From Hydrurus foetidus (taxonomy: Eukaryota), in the NCBI GenBank assembly GCA_900617105.1, contig UYFQ01000712.1, positions 1-58,293 of the forward strand: a stretch of DNA of 58,293 nucleotides, read 5' to 3'. The translations under genes and the position numbers were made by a program. Of the stretch, positions 25,501 to 37,541 are shown piece by piece. Under the pieces are notes generated by a model that made no database searches, was not told the DNA's origin, and was given only the letters and a program-made list of their open reading frames with translations. Position 1 is the first letter of the stretch. Every line of letters starts with the position of its first letter.

Positions 25501-28500
25501 ACATTTCATATGCTGTCTCAGTAGTGTCTTGTGTTGGCTCAAAAGGAGTAAATACATCATTCTTTGAATTGGATGAGTCGGTAATAATGGTTCCATAACT
25601 CTTCTCCTTTTCAATGATCTCCTTATATTCTTCGTCATCTTCGTCATCTTCGTCATCTTCTTCAGGTCTCCTCTCTCCTTCTCCATCTTCGTTATCTCTG
25701 TTCCCCCTATTGTCATTGTCATTGTCATTGTCATTGTCATTGTCATTGTCATTGTCATTGTGACATACAATTGTAATTTAAAACATTACATCATATGATA
25801 TCCTGTTATTTCCTCCCCTTTCTGCCCTTTTTTGGCACCGAGAAGTAGTCCACGTTATCATCCTCTTCATCCGCAGTAACAGCGGCCTGTGATCTTTTTG
25901 GGGCAGAGCCTCTTGTCACCCTTCCTGAATTGACAAGTTGAGATGAATAGGAACTGGACGACTGAGATGAAATGGAACTGCACGAAACGTTTCTGGAAAC
26001 GAAAGGTCGGGTGATAGGAACCTGACGTTGACGGCGTTCGAACATTTCATATGCTGTCTCAGTAGTGTCTTGTGTTGGCTCAAAAGGAGTAAATACATCA
26101 TTTTTGAATTGGATGAGTCGGTAATAATGGTTCCATAACTCTTCTCCTTTTCAATGATCTCCTTATATTCTTCGTCATCTTCGTCATCTTCGTCATCAGG
26201 TCTCCTCTCTCCTTCTCCATCTTCGTTATCTCTGTTCCCCCTATTGTCATTGTCATTGTCATTGTCATTGTCATTGTCATTGTCATGTGACATACAATTG
26301 TAATTTAAAAAACATTACATCATATGATATCCTGTTATTTCCTCCCCTTTCTGCCCTTTTTTGGCACCGAGAAGTAGTCCACGTGATCATCCTCTTCATC
26401 CGCAGTAACAGCGGCCTGTGATCTTTTTGGGGCAGAGCCTCTTGTCACCCTTCCTGAATTGACAAGTTGAGATGAATAGGAACTGGACGACTGAGATGAA
26501 ATGGAACTGCACGAAACGTTTCTGGAAACGAAAGGTCGGGTGATAGGAACCTGACGTTGACGGCGTTCGAACATTTCATATGCTGTCTCAGTAGTGTCTT
26601 GTGTTGGCTCAAAAGGAGTAAATACATCATTCTTTGAATTGGATGAGTCGGTAATAATGGTTCCATAACTCTTCTCCTTTTCAATGATCTCCTTATATTC
26701 TTCGTCATCTTCGTCATCTTCGTCATCTTCTTCATCTTCTCTCTTCTCTCTCTTCTCTCATCTTCGTTATCTCTGTTCCCCCTATTGTCATTGTCATTGT
26801 CATTGTCATTGTCATTGTCATGTGACATACAATTGTAATTTAAAAAACATTACATCATATGATATCCTGTTATTTCCTCCCCTTTCTGCCCTTTTTTGGC
26901 ACCGAGAAGTAGTCCACGTTATCATCCTCTTCATCCGCAGTAACAGCGGCCTGTGATCTTTTTGGGGCAGAGCCTCTTGTCACCCTTCCTGAATTGACAA
27001 GTTGAGATGAATAGGAACTGGACGACTGAGATGAAATGGAACTGCACGAAACGTTTCTGGAAACGAAAGGTCGGGTGATAGGAACCTGACGTTGACGGCG
27101 TTCGAACATTTCATATGCTGTCTCAGTAGTGTCTTGTGTTGGCTCAAAAGGAGTAAATACATCATATTTTGAATTGGATGAGTCGGTAATAATGGTTCCA
27201 TAACTCTTCTCCTTTTCAATGATCTCCTTATATTCTTCGTCATCTTCGTCATCTTCGTCATCTTCGTCATCTTCAGGTCTCCTCTCTCCTTCTCCATCTT
27301 CGTTATCTCTGTTCCCCCTATTGTCATTGTCATTGTCATTGTCATTGTCATTGTCATGTGACATACAATTGTAATTTAAAAAACATTACATCATATGATA
27401 TCCTGTTATTTCCTCCCCTTTCTGCCCTTTTTTGGCACCGAGAAGTAGTCCACGTTATCATCCTCTTCATCCGCAGTAACAGCGGCCTGTGATCTTTTTG
27501 GGGCAGAGCCTCTTGTCACCCTTCCTGAATTGACAAGTTGAGATGAATAGGAACTGGACGACTGAGATGAAATGGAACTGCACGAAACGTTTCTGGAAAC
27601 GAAAGGTCGGGTGATAGGAACCTGACGTTGACGGCGTTCGAACATTTCATATGCTGTCTCAGTAGTGTCTTGTGTTGGCTCAAAAGGAGTAAATACATCA
27701 TTCTTTGAATTGGATGAGTCGGTAATAATGGTTCCATAACTCTTCTCCTTTTCAATGATCTCCTTATATTCTTCGTCATCTTCGTCATCTTCGTCATCTT
27801 CTTGAGGTCTCCTCTCTCCTTCTCCATCTTCGTTATCTCTGTTCCCCCTATTGTCATTGTCATTGTCATTGTCATTGTCATTGTCATTGTCATGTGACAT
27901 ACAATTGTAATTTAAAAAACATTACATCATATGATATCCTGTTATTTCCTCCCCTTTCTGCCCTTTTTTGGCACCGAGAAGTAGTCCACGTTATCATCCT
28001 CTTCATCCGCAGTAACAGCGGCCTGTGATCTTTTTGGGGCAGAGCCTCTTGTCACCCTTCCTGAATTGACAAGTTGAGATGAATAGGAACTGGACGACTG
28101 AGATGAAATGGAACTGCACGAAACGTTTCTGGAAACGAAAGGTCGGGTGATAGGAACCTGACGTTGACGGCGTTCGAACATTTCATATGCTGTCTCAGTA
28201 GTGTCTTGTGTTGGCTCAAAAGGAGTAAATACATCATATTTTGAATTGGATGAGTCGGTAATAATGGTTCCATAACTCTTCTCCTTTTCAATGATCTCCT
28301 TATATTCTTCGTCATCTTCGTCATCTTCGTCATCTTCGTCATCTTCTATCTTCGATCTTCTTCAGGTCTCCTCTCTCCTTCTCCATCTTCGTTATCTCTG
28401 TTCCCCCTATTGTCATTGTCATTGTCATTGTCATTGTCATTGTCATTGTCATTGTCATTGTCATGTGACATACAATTGTAATTTAAAAAACATTACATCA

Positions 28501-31500
28501 TATGATATCCTCTTATTTCCTCCCCTTTCTGCCCTTTTTTGGCACCGAGAAGTAGTCCACGTTATCATCCTCTTCATCCGCAGTAACAGCGGCCTGTGAT
28601 CTTTTTGGGGCAGAGCCTCTTGTCACCCTTCCTGAATTGACAAGTTGAGATGAATAGGAACTGGACGACTGAGATGAAATGGAACTGCACGAAACGTTTC
28701 TGGAAACGAAAGGTCGGGTGATAGGAACCTGACGTTGACGGCGTTCGAACATTTCATATGCTGTCTCAGTAGTGTCTTGTGTTGGCTCAAAAGGAGTAAA
28801 TACATCATATTTTGAATTGGATGAGTCGGTAATAATGGTTCCATAACTCTTCTCCTTTTCAATGATCTCCTTATATTCTTCGTCATCTTCTTCATCTCCT
28901 CTCTCCTTCTCCATCTTCGTTATCTCTGTTCCCCCTATTGTCATTGTCATTGTCATTGTCATTGTCATTGTCATTGTCATTGTCATTGTCATTGTCATTG
29001 TCATTGTCATTGTCATTGTCATTGTCATTGTCATTGTCATGTGACATACAATTGTAATTTAAAAAACATTACATCATATGATATCCTGTTATTTCCTCCC
29101 CTTTCTGCCCTTTTTTGGCACCGAGAAGTAGTCCACGTTATCATCCTCTTCATCCGCAGTAACAGCGGCCTGTGATCTTTTTGGGGCAGAGCCTCTTGTC
29201 ACCCTTCCTGAATTGACAACTTGAGATGAATAGGAACTGGACGACTGAGATGAAATGGAACTGCACGAAACGTTTCTGGAAACGAAAGGTCGGGTGATAG
29301 GAACCTGACGTCGACGGCGTTCGAACATTTCATATGCTGTCTCAGTAGTGTCTTGTGTTGGCTCAAAAGGAGAAAATACATCATATTTTGAATTGGATGA
29401 GTCGGTAATAATGGTTCCATAACTCTTCTCCTTTTCAATGATCTCCTTATATTCTTCGTCATCTTCGTCATCTTCGTCATCTTCGTCATCTTCGTCATCT
29501 TCGTCATCTTCTTCAGGTCTCCTCTCTCCTTCTCCATCTTCGTTATCTCTGTTCCCCCTATTGTCATTGTCATTGTCATTGTCATTGTCATTGTCATTGT
29601 CATTGTCATTGTCATGTGACATACAATTGTAATTTAAAAAACATTACATCATATGATATCCTCTTATTTCCTCCCCTTTCTGCCCTTTTTTGGCACCGAG
29701 AAGTAGTCCACGTTATCATCCTCTTCATCCGCAGTAACAGCGGCCTGTGATCTTTTTGAGGCAGAGCCTCTTGTCACCCTTCCTGAATTGACAAGTTGAG
29801 ATGAATAGGAACTGGACGACTGAGATGAAATGGAACTGCACGAAACGTTTCTGGAAACGAAAGGTCGGGTGATAGGAACCTGACGTTGACGGCGTTCGAA
29901 CATTTCATATGCTGTCTCAGTAGTGTCTTGTGTTGTCTCAAAAGGAGTAAATACATCATATTTTGAATTGGATGAGTCGGTAATAATGGTTCCATAACTC
30001 TTCTCCTTTTCAATGATCTCCTTATATTCTTCGTCATCTTCTTGAGGTCTCCTCTCTCCTTCTCCATCTTCGTTATCTCTGTTCCCCCTATTGTCATTGT
30101 CATTGTCATTGTCATTGTCATTGTCATTGTCATTGTCATTGTCATTGTCATTGTCATTGTCATTGTCATTGTCATTGTCATTGTCATTGTCATTGTCATG
30201 TGACATACAATTGTAATTTAAAAAACATTACATCATATGATATCCTGTTATTTCCTCCCCTTTCTGCCCTTTTTTGGCACCGAGAAGTAGTCCACGTTAT
30301 CATCCTCTTCATCCGCAGTAACAGCGGCCTGTGATCTTTTTGGGGCAGAGCCTCTTGTCACCCTTCCTGAATTGACAAGTTGAGATGAATAGGAACTGGA
30401 CGACTGAGATGAAATGGAACTGCACGAAACGTTTCTGGAAACGAAAGGTCGGGTGATAGGAACCTGACGTTGACGGCGTTCGAACATTTCATATGCTGTC
30501 TCAGTAGTGTCTTGTGTTGGCTCAAAAGGAGTAAATACATCATATTTTGAATTGGATGAGTCGGTAATAATGGTTCCATAACTCTTCTCCTTTTCAATGA
30601 TCTCCTTATATTCTTCGTCATCTTCGTCATCTTCGTCATCTTCGTCATCTTCGTCATCTTCGTCATCTTCCTCAGGTCTCCTCTCTCCTTCTCCATCTTC
30701 GTTATCTCTGTTCCCCCTATTGTCATTGTCATTGTCATTGTCATTGTCATTGTCATTGTCATTGTCATTGTCATGTGACATACAATTGTAATTTAAAACA
30801 TTACATCATATGATATCCTGTTATTTCCTCCCCTTTCTGCCCTTTTTTGGCACCGAGAAGTAGTCCACGTTATCATCCTCTTCATCCGCAGTAACAGCGG
30901 CCTGTGATCTTTTTGGGGCAGAGCCTCTTGTCACCCTTCCTGAATTGACAAGTTGAGATGAATAGGAACTGGACGACTGAGATGAAATGGAACTGCACGA
31001 AACGTTTCTGGAAACGAAAGGTCGGGTGATAGGAACCTGACGTTGACGGCGTTCGAACATTTCATATGCTGTCTCAGTAGTGTCTTGTGTTGTCTCAAAA
31101 GGAGTAAATACATCATATTTTGAATTGGATGAGTCGGTAATAATGGTTCCATAACTCTTCTCCTTTTCAATGATCTCCTTATATTCTTCGTCATCTTCTT
31201 GAGGTCTCCTCTCTCCTTCTCCATCTTCGTTATCTCTGTTCCCCCTATTGTCATTGTCATTGTCATTGTCATTGTCATTGTCATTGTCATTGTCATTGTC
31301 ATTGTCATTGTCATTGTCATTGTCATTGTCATTGTCATTGTCATTGTCATGTGACATACAATTGTAATTTAAAAAACATTACATCATATGATATCCTGTT
31401 ATTTCCTCCCCTTTCTGCCCTTTTTTGGCACCGAGAAGTAGTCCACGTTATCATCCTCTTCATCCGCAGTAACAGCGGCCTGTGATCTTTTTGGGGCAGA

Positions 31501-31869
31501 GCCTCTTGTCACCCTTCCTGAATTGACAAGTTGAGATGAATAGGAACTGGACGACTGAGATGAAATGGAACTGCACGAAACGTTTCTGGAAACGAAAGGT
31601 CGGGTGATAGGAACCTGACGTTGACGGCGTTCGAACATTTCATATGCTGTCTCAGTAGTGTCTTGTGTTGGCTCAAAAGGAGTAAATACATCATATTTTG
31701 AAGTGGATGAGTCGGTAATAATGGTTCCATAACTCTTCTCCTTTTCAATGATCTCCTTGTATTCTTCGTCATCTTCGTCATCTTCGTCATCTTCGTCATC
31801 TTCGTCATCTTCTTGAGGTCTCCTCTCTCCTTCTCCATCTTCGTTATCTCTGTTCCCCCTATTGTCATT
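13544..31869. repeat. Satellite array: 30 units of ~470-590 bp derived from the 3' end of inner-Harbinger ORF2, separated by variable (GTCATT)n
   Basis: The 3'-end segment encoding ...VPKKGRKGRK* recurs 30 times between 13596 and 31399. The last unit is continuous with ORF2. Confidence 0.97.
13727..15750. repeat. 253-bp sub-array (8 copies) inside the first satellite unit
   Basis: ORF track offsets of exactly 253 bp. Junction TCGTCATCT|TTGAGATGAATAG. Confidence 0.95.
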
Positions 31870-33125
31870 CTCATCTATAGTATCTCCAAAATCATCGTCA
31901 TCTCTGTCCTCCTCATCTCTCGCATTTGCATCGTCGTCCGTGTCCGCGTCTTTGTTGAATTTCTCCAATGTTATATGAGAGGTAAGGGACTGGGTAGTGG
32001 TATCATTCGGATTGCTCTCTTCCACATCACTGAGGACTACGGCAATTGGTACTTCATTCTCCGCTTCGGGTTCAGTTGCCTTCATCGTCTGACAGTTTTG
32101 GATGCCAGGCCCACCATTAATTAAGTACAGCATGTACTCCTTCTAAGAGTCGGCTCGTTGTTGATCCGGCAGAAATTCAAGGTTCAGCAACTTCTCCAAT
32201 TCAAGGATTCTCTGCGGAAGACTATAAGAATGCAATAAATTAAAGTGTGATATAGCTGTGTTCTATTATTTAATTTACCTGTTGTCTCAACTTCATCTCC
32301 ACTATTGCCTTGTTGATAGCCAAGTTGTTGGCACTGACTTTAGATTCTTGATCGATAAGTTGATCATGTTTGGAGGGTTTCTTCAGCTCGACATTATTCC
32401 TTAGCATCTCTTCTCTTCTCTGTAGATGTCTCTGAGCCTTTCGGCACTGAGACTTTGTTGGTTGGTTCTGGGAGGCGGAGGATATAGACGATGGACCAGA
32501 AGACTTCCTGATAAAATACAATTATGATTAGCAACGTACCATAGGATTAAATCAACCAGGCTTCAACTTACTCAATATAGAAAGCTTTATCAGGCTTCTC
32601 TGAAGCTGCTCCATACATTAGAAAGAGTTCCCACTCGGTAGGATACCAGTCAGGTGAAAATTCTTTCACAACATAACCTCTTGGATTCTTAGAGCGGTTT
32701 TTTGCAGCATCCTGTTCTGACTTGAACCAAAGCTCCCTAGTCTTCAACAAAATTTCTTCCTTGGATTTCCCCGATGGTATCAGACCATCCTTCCCAAGAC
32801 ATTTAAAATAGAAGGGAGTGATGTCGTTGGTAACATACTTCTTAATGTCGGCGTACTTTCTCCACAGGCTGATGCCAGTGTGCTCATCATCCACTTCGAC
32901 ACTATGATTCATAAATTTGCACGTTCGGAGGTATTTATCTTTGGACAGAAGGCGTATAGAGGACGGCTGGATGAAGGAGGATACATGACTATGCATTTGC
33001 GTCATCATTTTGTCTTGGATTTGCCCGAGCGACATTTCATATGATGGAATCGACATGCCCGCTCGGGCAATCAACAAGAACTGTTTAGATCTGACGATCT
33101 GCAACTGGCGCTTTGTTGTCGCCAT
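31399..33125 (-). pseudogene. Inner Harbinger ORF2 (accessory protein), 3 exons, one premature stop
   Basis: Exons 33125-32572, 32507-32279 and 32211-31399 join in frame via GTAAGT..CAG and GTAAAT..CAG introns. In-frame TAG near 32143. Acidic tract and basic NLS-like C-terminus. Confidence 0.75.
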
Positions 33126-33518
33126 TGAGATATTGATGTCTAAATGTGATTTGAATGTAATCTACTAGGCCATCCTAGGTCAAGATATCGTCATCCAAAA
33201 CGAGAATTGGATTACGAAGAAGTGCCCCAAATCCCGTCTCGAATTCTCAAAATCGGTCAATACAAATTTTAAAATACGATTCCGAAGCGCTATATGGGTC
33301 TGAAAGGGCGACAAATCACCGATTTTCAATTAAAAATCCGTGATCCGTGGCGCTATAAGGTTTGGCCTGACCCTGAATTTTGCGTCCACAATTTTTTTGA
33401 ATTTGAGAAAATGGATACGAAAATTCATCCAGAAAAATGACCACTTTTCCGGCATGGTAGACGTCATGCCAGAATTTATATATGTCACTATTTAATCACA
33501 ATTAAACTCGTTTTAAAC

Positions 33519-35519
33519 ATGGTTAAAGCCGCTAAGAAGCCAGCGAAAGCTTTGAAAAAGAACAATACATCTCAATCCTCGTCGTCATCGTCATCAGCGA
33601 CGTCATCAGCGACGTCCTCGTTTTCTGCGTCTGCTTCCAGCTGTACTCCGCCTACGATTAGAAATGGAGCGAAGAAGAATGATCGATTTTTTATCCTGAA
33701 TCCTGAGGAGCAGAATGCCTTCAAAAAATAAGTTTCTGAAATCAAGCAAATATCTGGATTAATTCTGTTGAAGTGTGGTCTCGGTGTCCAAGAATGTAAA
33801 GTTATCTCTCAAAAGATGCAAGAGGACCACTTATCGAAGAACATTGAAAAAGTCTACACTAGACTGACACAAGATCCTATCATAGGAAAAAGAGTGATTG
33901 CCATTCCTTTCAAATTTCTCAACGTGGCGACAAGCGTATCGCGAAAGACATTGTCCGGGAGTAAATTGCGTAAAAGATACAGCACAATGAAGACACACAT
34001 CAACAATACTCTCACGCCACTCTGGCGAAAGTAAGTTTTAATCAACGCTTGATTATTTTTAGCTTCTGACGCCGAAGGTTAATTTACCGTCTCCACAATT
34101 CCCTACAGATTCTGTCCTCAGGGAATTCCGTCCGGCAGAAATCGGGAGGATATTTTAATGGAGGTTTGAAAGGAGGCATTCCACACCCGTAAGAGTAGAG
34201 CAACGTCTACAGAGGAAAATGAGGACGAGGAAGATGCCGACGAACCCAGCTCCATCAGTGAAGGAACTTTACCTGCCCTTGTTGAAGAATGGGAATCGTG
34301 GTACCCTCAGGAGTGGGTAGGCTGGATTATGTATGGCGTCCCATCTGAGAATCCGACAGACCACTGGGTTCATCAGCCTACTAGCGAAGGTCCTACTGAT
34401 ACGGAGCATTTTTTTACCGACAAGAAAGGGAAGCGTGTGTCCAAGAAACCACCGCGCAGAACTCATCAACGAGATGTCGAATCAGTAGCTACGGCAGTTA
34501 CCAAAATTTCCGCCGACAGTAATACCATGATGTCCCACCGACTTCTTCAAGTAGACCAAGAGCTGCAAATCGCAAGCAGCTTGCACAATTTGAGAATCAT
34601 TCAGCTCCTACAATCCAACGCTATATCTGAGGAGGAAAAGAGCTTAGTGGACGATTACTACAAAGAGTTCTTACTACATGAGGGGGATCTACTGAGAAAG
34701 AGACTAGCCGCCAACAAAGCACAGCGCGAGCAATCATCCAATGCTTCTAAACCATCTCAAGCTAATAATATCTCAACTCCGATAGTGGCTGCAACTACCC
34801 TTAGTGTCAAACCTACTGCTAGTAATCTAAAAGCTTACCACCATGACAGTGACGAAATTGAGAATTTTGGTGAGTCATTTTTAGCACTTGATTCCTTCGA
34901 ATCTGAGTTAACCTAAGTATAACCTTCTCTAAATATGTTAGTTCAAGCACAAGACGAGGTTTCTAAGGCACAAATTACAGTGATTTCTGAATCTCAGTCA
35001 TCAAACAGTCTCATGACACCCCGAGAGCAATTGACCTCCTCCAAGAGCCATTCCAAGGCCCTATCCATTGGGAAATCGGACATTAGAGCTGCTTCCATGG
35101 TTTTCAATGTCGAATATAGTGAGAATAGTACTCAAAGTGAGCTTAGAGGTATTGCAATTTCCTCCAAAAAATCTCAGAGATCAGAGTTGGTTCCCGTAAG
35201 ACTCTACCCTACAAGAACCAGAACTCCGGATAAACCAACCCAGCCGGTGAACCCCTATGAGAGACACGACTTCGAATACATTAATGAAGTACTACATGGA
35301 ATACATCCAACAAATTTCGAGGGGATAATTGTACGTGACCATTTTGATATGAAAGCTGCTCTGATAGATGTTGAACATTTGTATGCACTAAAAAAAGGCT
35401 CTGTGGAAGAAGATGAGCTAAATATTCTTACTGGTTTATGGGCGAAAAAAATTCAATATGCTATTGACAAACAAAATGATTCAGATAACGAGGGTAGTGA
35501 TGAGGAAGAATCGGAATAA
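33519..35519 (+). pseudogene. Outer Harbinger ORF2, one intron (34031-34108), four in-frame stops
   Basis: ORF pieces 33519, 33768, 34329 and 34935 share one frame across a 78-nt GT-AG intron. Homologous to inner ORF2 (GIPSG, WYPxEW, MYG). Confidence 0.75.
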
Positions 35520-35625
35520 TGATAGTAATTGGGCAAAATTGAAACTGAAGTATACTAATTTTATTAACAATTTCGGTATTTATTAATTTTTTAAATACAA
35601 TTTTATGTAATTTTTAGAACAATAC

Positions 35626-36771
35626 TTAAATTCGTAACCAACGCAGTCTTCCAATGAGGTACTGTAAGTCGAGGTGTTTATCAAGTTTATCACGGAGGAG
35701 GTCATGTTCATTGCTTATTTCAATTGCAACGTCGTTATCTAATGAGTTAGCGAATTGAATATTATTTAAATTTTGGGTTAAGTATTCAACAGAAGAATGA
35801 TCTAAATTATTTTCAGTACTTCTAACAATTCTTCGTCTTATTTTATATGAACATATTTGTTCCTCTTCATGATTGTGGGCGTTATCAATTTCTGCCTCCC
35901 ATCTCTGATCATATCCATCGTATTCATGTAACATATTGTGCAGAATAACACAGGAAAACACTGCATTATCAATATCACTTTTACGATACCATGTTATTGC
36001 ATTTTTTAGGATTTGGTACCTTTTCTTTAGTATCCCAAATGCACATTCTACGTCTTTGCGGACACTCTCTGCGAACTCTGACCATCTTGATTGATCCTCT
36101 TATTTGTTTGCTTCATAGGACATTGCATTATTCCCCACTTATGGTAGCCACCATCCACCAAAAGATATAATCCTTTTTCTTTTAACCAAGAGTTGTCATT
36201 AGATTGTAACTTGAATTCGGCCTGAGTATACGATTCCCCGTAACGCACTTCATTTACGAAACCATCAAATTTGACAATAGTTTTATCAGATGTTGTCCCA
36301 TAGTGCCCAATGGTACATGCCTGAAATCTTTTATAACGGTCTACTGTCATCTCATAGGCGATACTAGCATAACTGCTCTTCCCATTCTTAAAAGAGAAGA
36401 ACCATAGTGAGGGACAAAAATCCCGCCTAATGTGCACGCAATCAGTAGATCCCACACACCCAGGGAATCCACAGGCAGCATATAGGCTTGTTACAGAGTC
36501 TATTTCCTCAGAGTTTCTTGGTCCATGTACATAGACGGGATACAGTACCTTACTAAACTTATCAATAAATGATAGTGTCCAAGTCCTATGGACTTCAGCG
36601 GATACACCAGATAGCTCATACAACAGATCCCAACTACAACCTTTTCCCAGCATTCTCAGGGTACCCAATAACTTTAAGTATACTGATGCTAATTCATATC
36701 CACAGATGTGACGCTCTCTTTGAGGGAACCACAACTCAGCAAAGTATAGGATCTGCGTGAATACTTGGTAG
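35626..36771 (-). pseudogene. Outer Harbinger transposase, 3' part (frameshift near 36095)
   Basis: GSTDCVH, LLVDGGY, then SVRKDVECAFGILK in the shifted frame, and CVILHNML. Confidence 0.9.
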
Positions 36772-36979
36772 TGTGGTCGGATCGGCTATACCGGGCCTAC
36801 GGACCGTACCTGACCTAGTCCCGATCCATCCGATCCTACCGCCTACTGTACACATACATCTCTAGCGCAGCTGCTCGCTAGCTCTAGCCTACTCGTAGAA
36901 GTTTATCCTAGCTTCTAGCTTAGAGCCTGTAACTAACTAACACCTCCCTTCCATCGACCTACTTCCTATCCGGACTACA
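36772..36979 (+). repeat. Gypsy-1 5' LTR
   Basis: TGTGGTCGG...GGACTACA. Differs from the 3' LTR by about five transitions and a 4-bp indel. Confidence 0.95.
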
Positions 36980-37541
36980 ATAGCGCTATTAGTCCACCCT
37001 TTTCTCTGCTACTTCTCATTCCATCTACTCGTCCCAACCTGTAGATAAGACTTCTGAGCTTCTGCTCAACGACTTTCGAGCCGTTTTCTTCTGCAGCCAT
37101 TGGCTCAGAGAACCTAGTCTAAGTTAGAGAAAGTCAGATTACCTGCTTTCTTGGAATCCCCGTGCATTGGGCTCTTCCAAACTTGACATTTTGGTCGAAG
37201 TTGATTTATCCTTCCCAGAAGTCATTTTAGACTTGCTCCGCTGGTCGATCGAATCACAGATTCATCACCAGAGACACAAAGTTAGTCTACAGACTTCTTT
37301 TCGTCGACGTTGAGCAACGTCTTCTACCTTAAAGGTATACCAACTTTTCTACCACTCTAAATTTGGCTTTCACGCCATAGAACTTTTCAGTTCAAGAGTT
37401 GGTTAGAATCTCTCTATTCGTTGTTACTGACGTTACAGTACCCGTTTGTGAACGAGGCGAAGCTCTTGAAAAAAGTTTCTGAGCAGGGGTTATCGATCTC
37501 CATTGACTTTCAGTGAGATTTACATCGATAAGTGATTAGAC

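Larger units (their letters stand above)
4128..33367. mobile_element. Inner PIF/Harbinger-type DNA transposon
   Basis: TIR GGCCAAACCTTATAGCGC at 4128 and its exact inverse ending 33367. 3-bp TSD TGA on both sides. Transposase (+) and convergent ORF2 (-). Confidence 0.92.

Noticed and set aside
15240..31350. Poly-MT, poly-SL, poly-IV and poly-CH ORFs in other frames of the array
   Set aside because: Alternative readings of (GTCATT)n; only the DN/acidic frame is continuous with ORF2
13544..31869. CRISPR-like repeat/spacer array
   Set aside because: Units are ~540 bp and near identical, the variable part is only microsatellite length, there are no cas genes, and the context is eukaryotic
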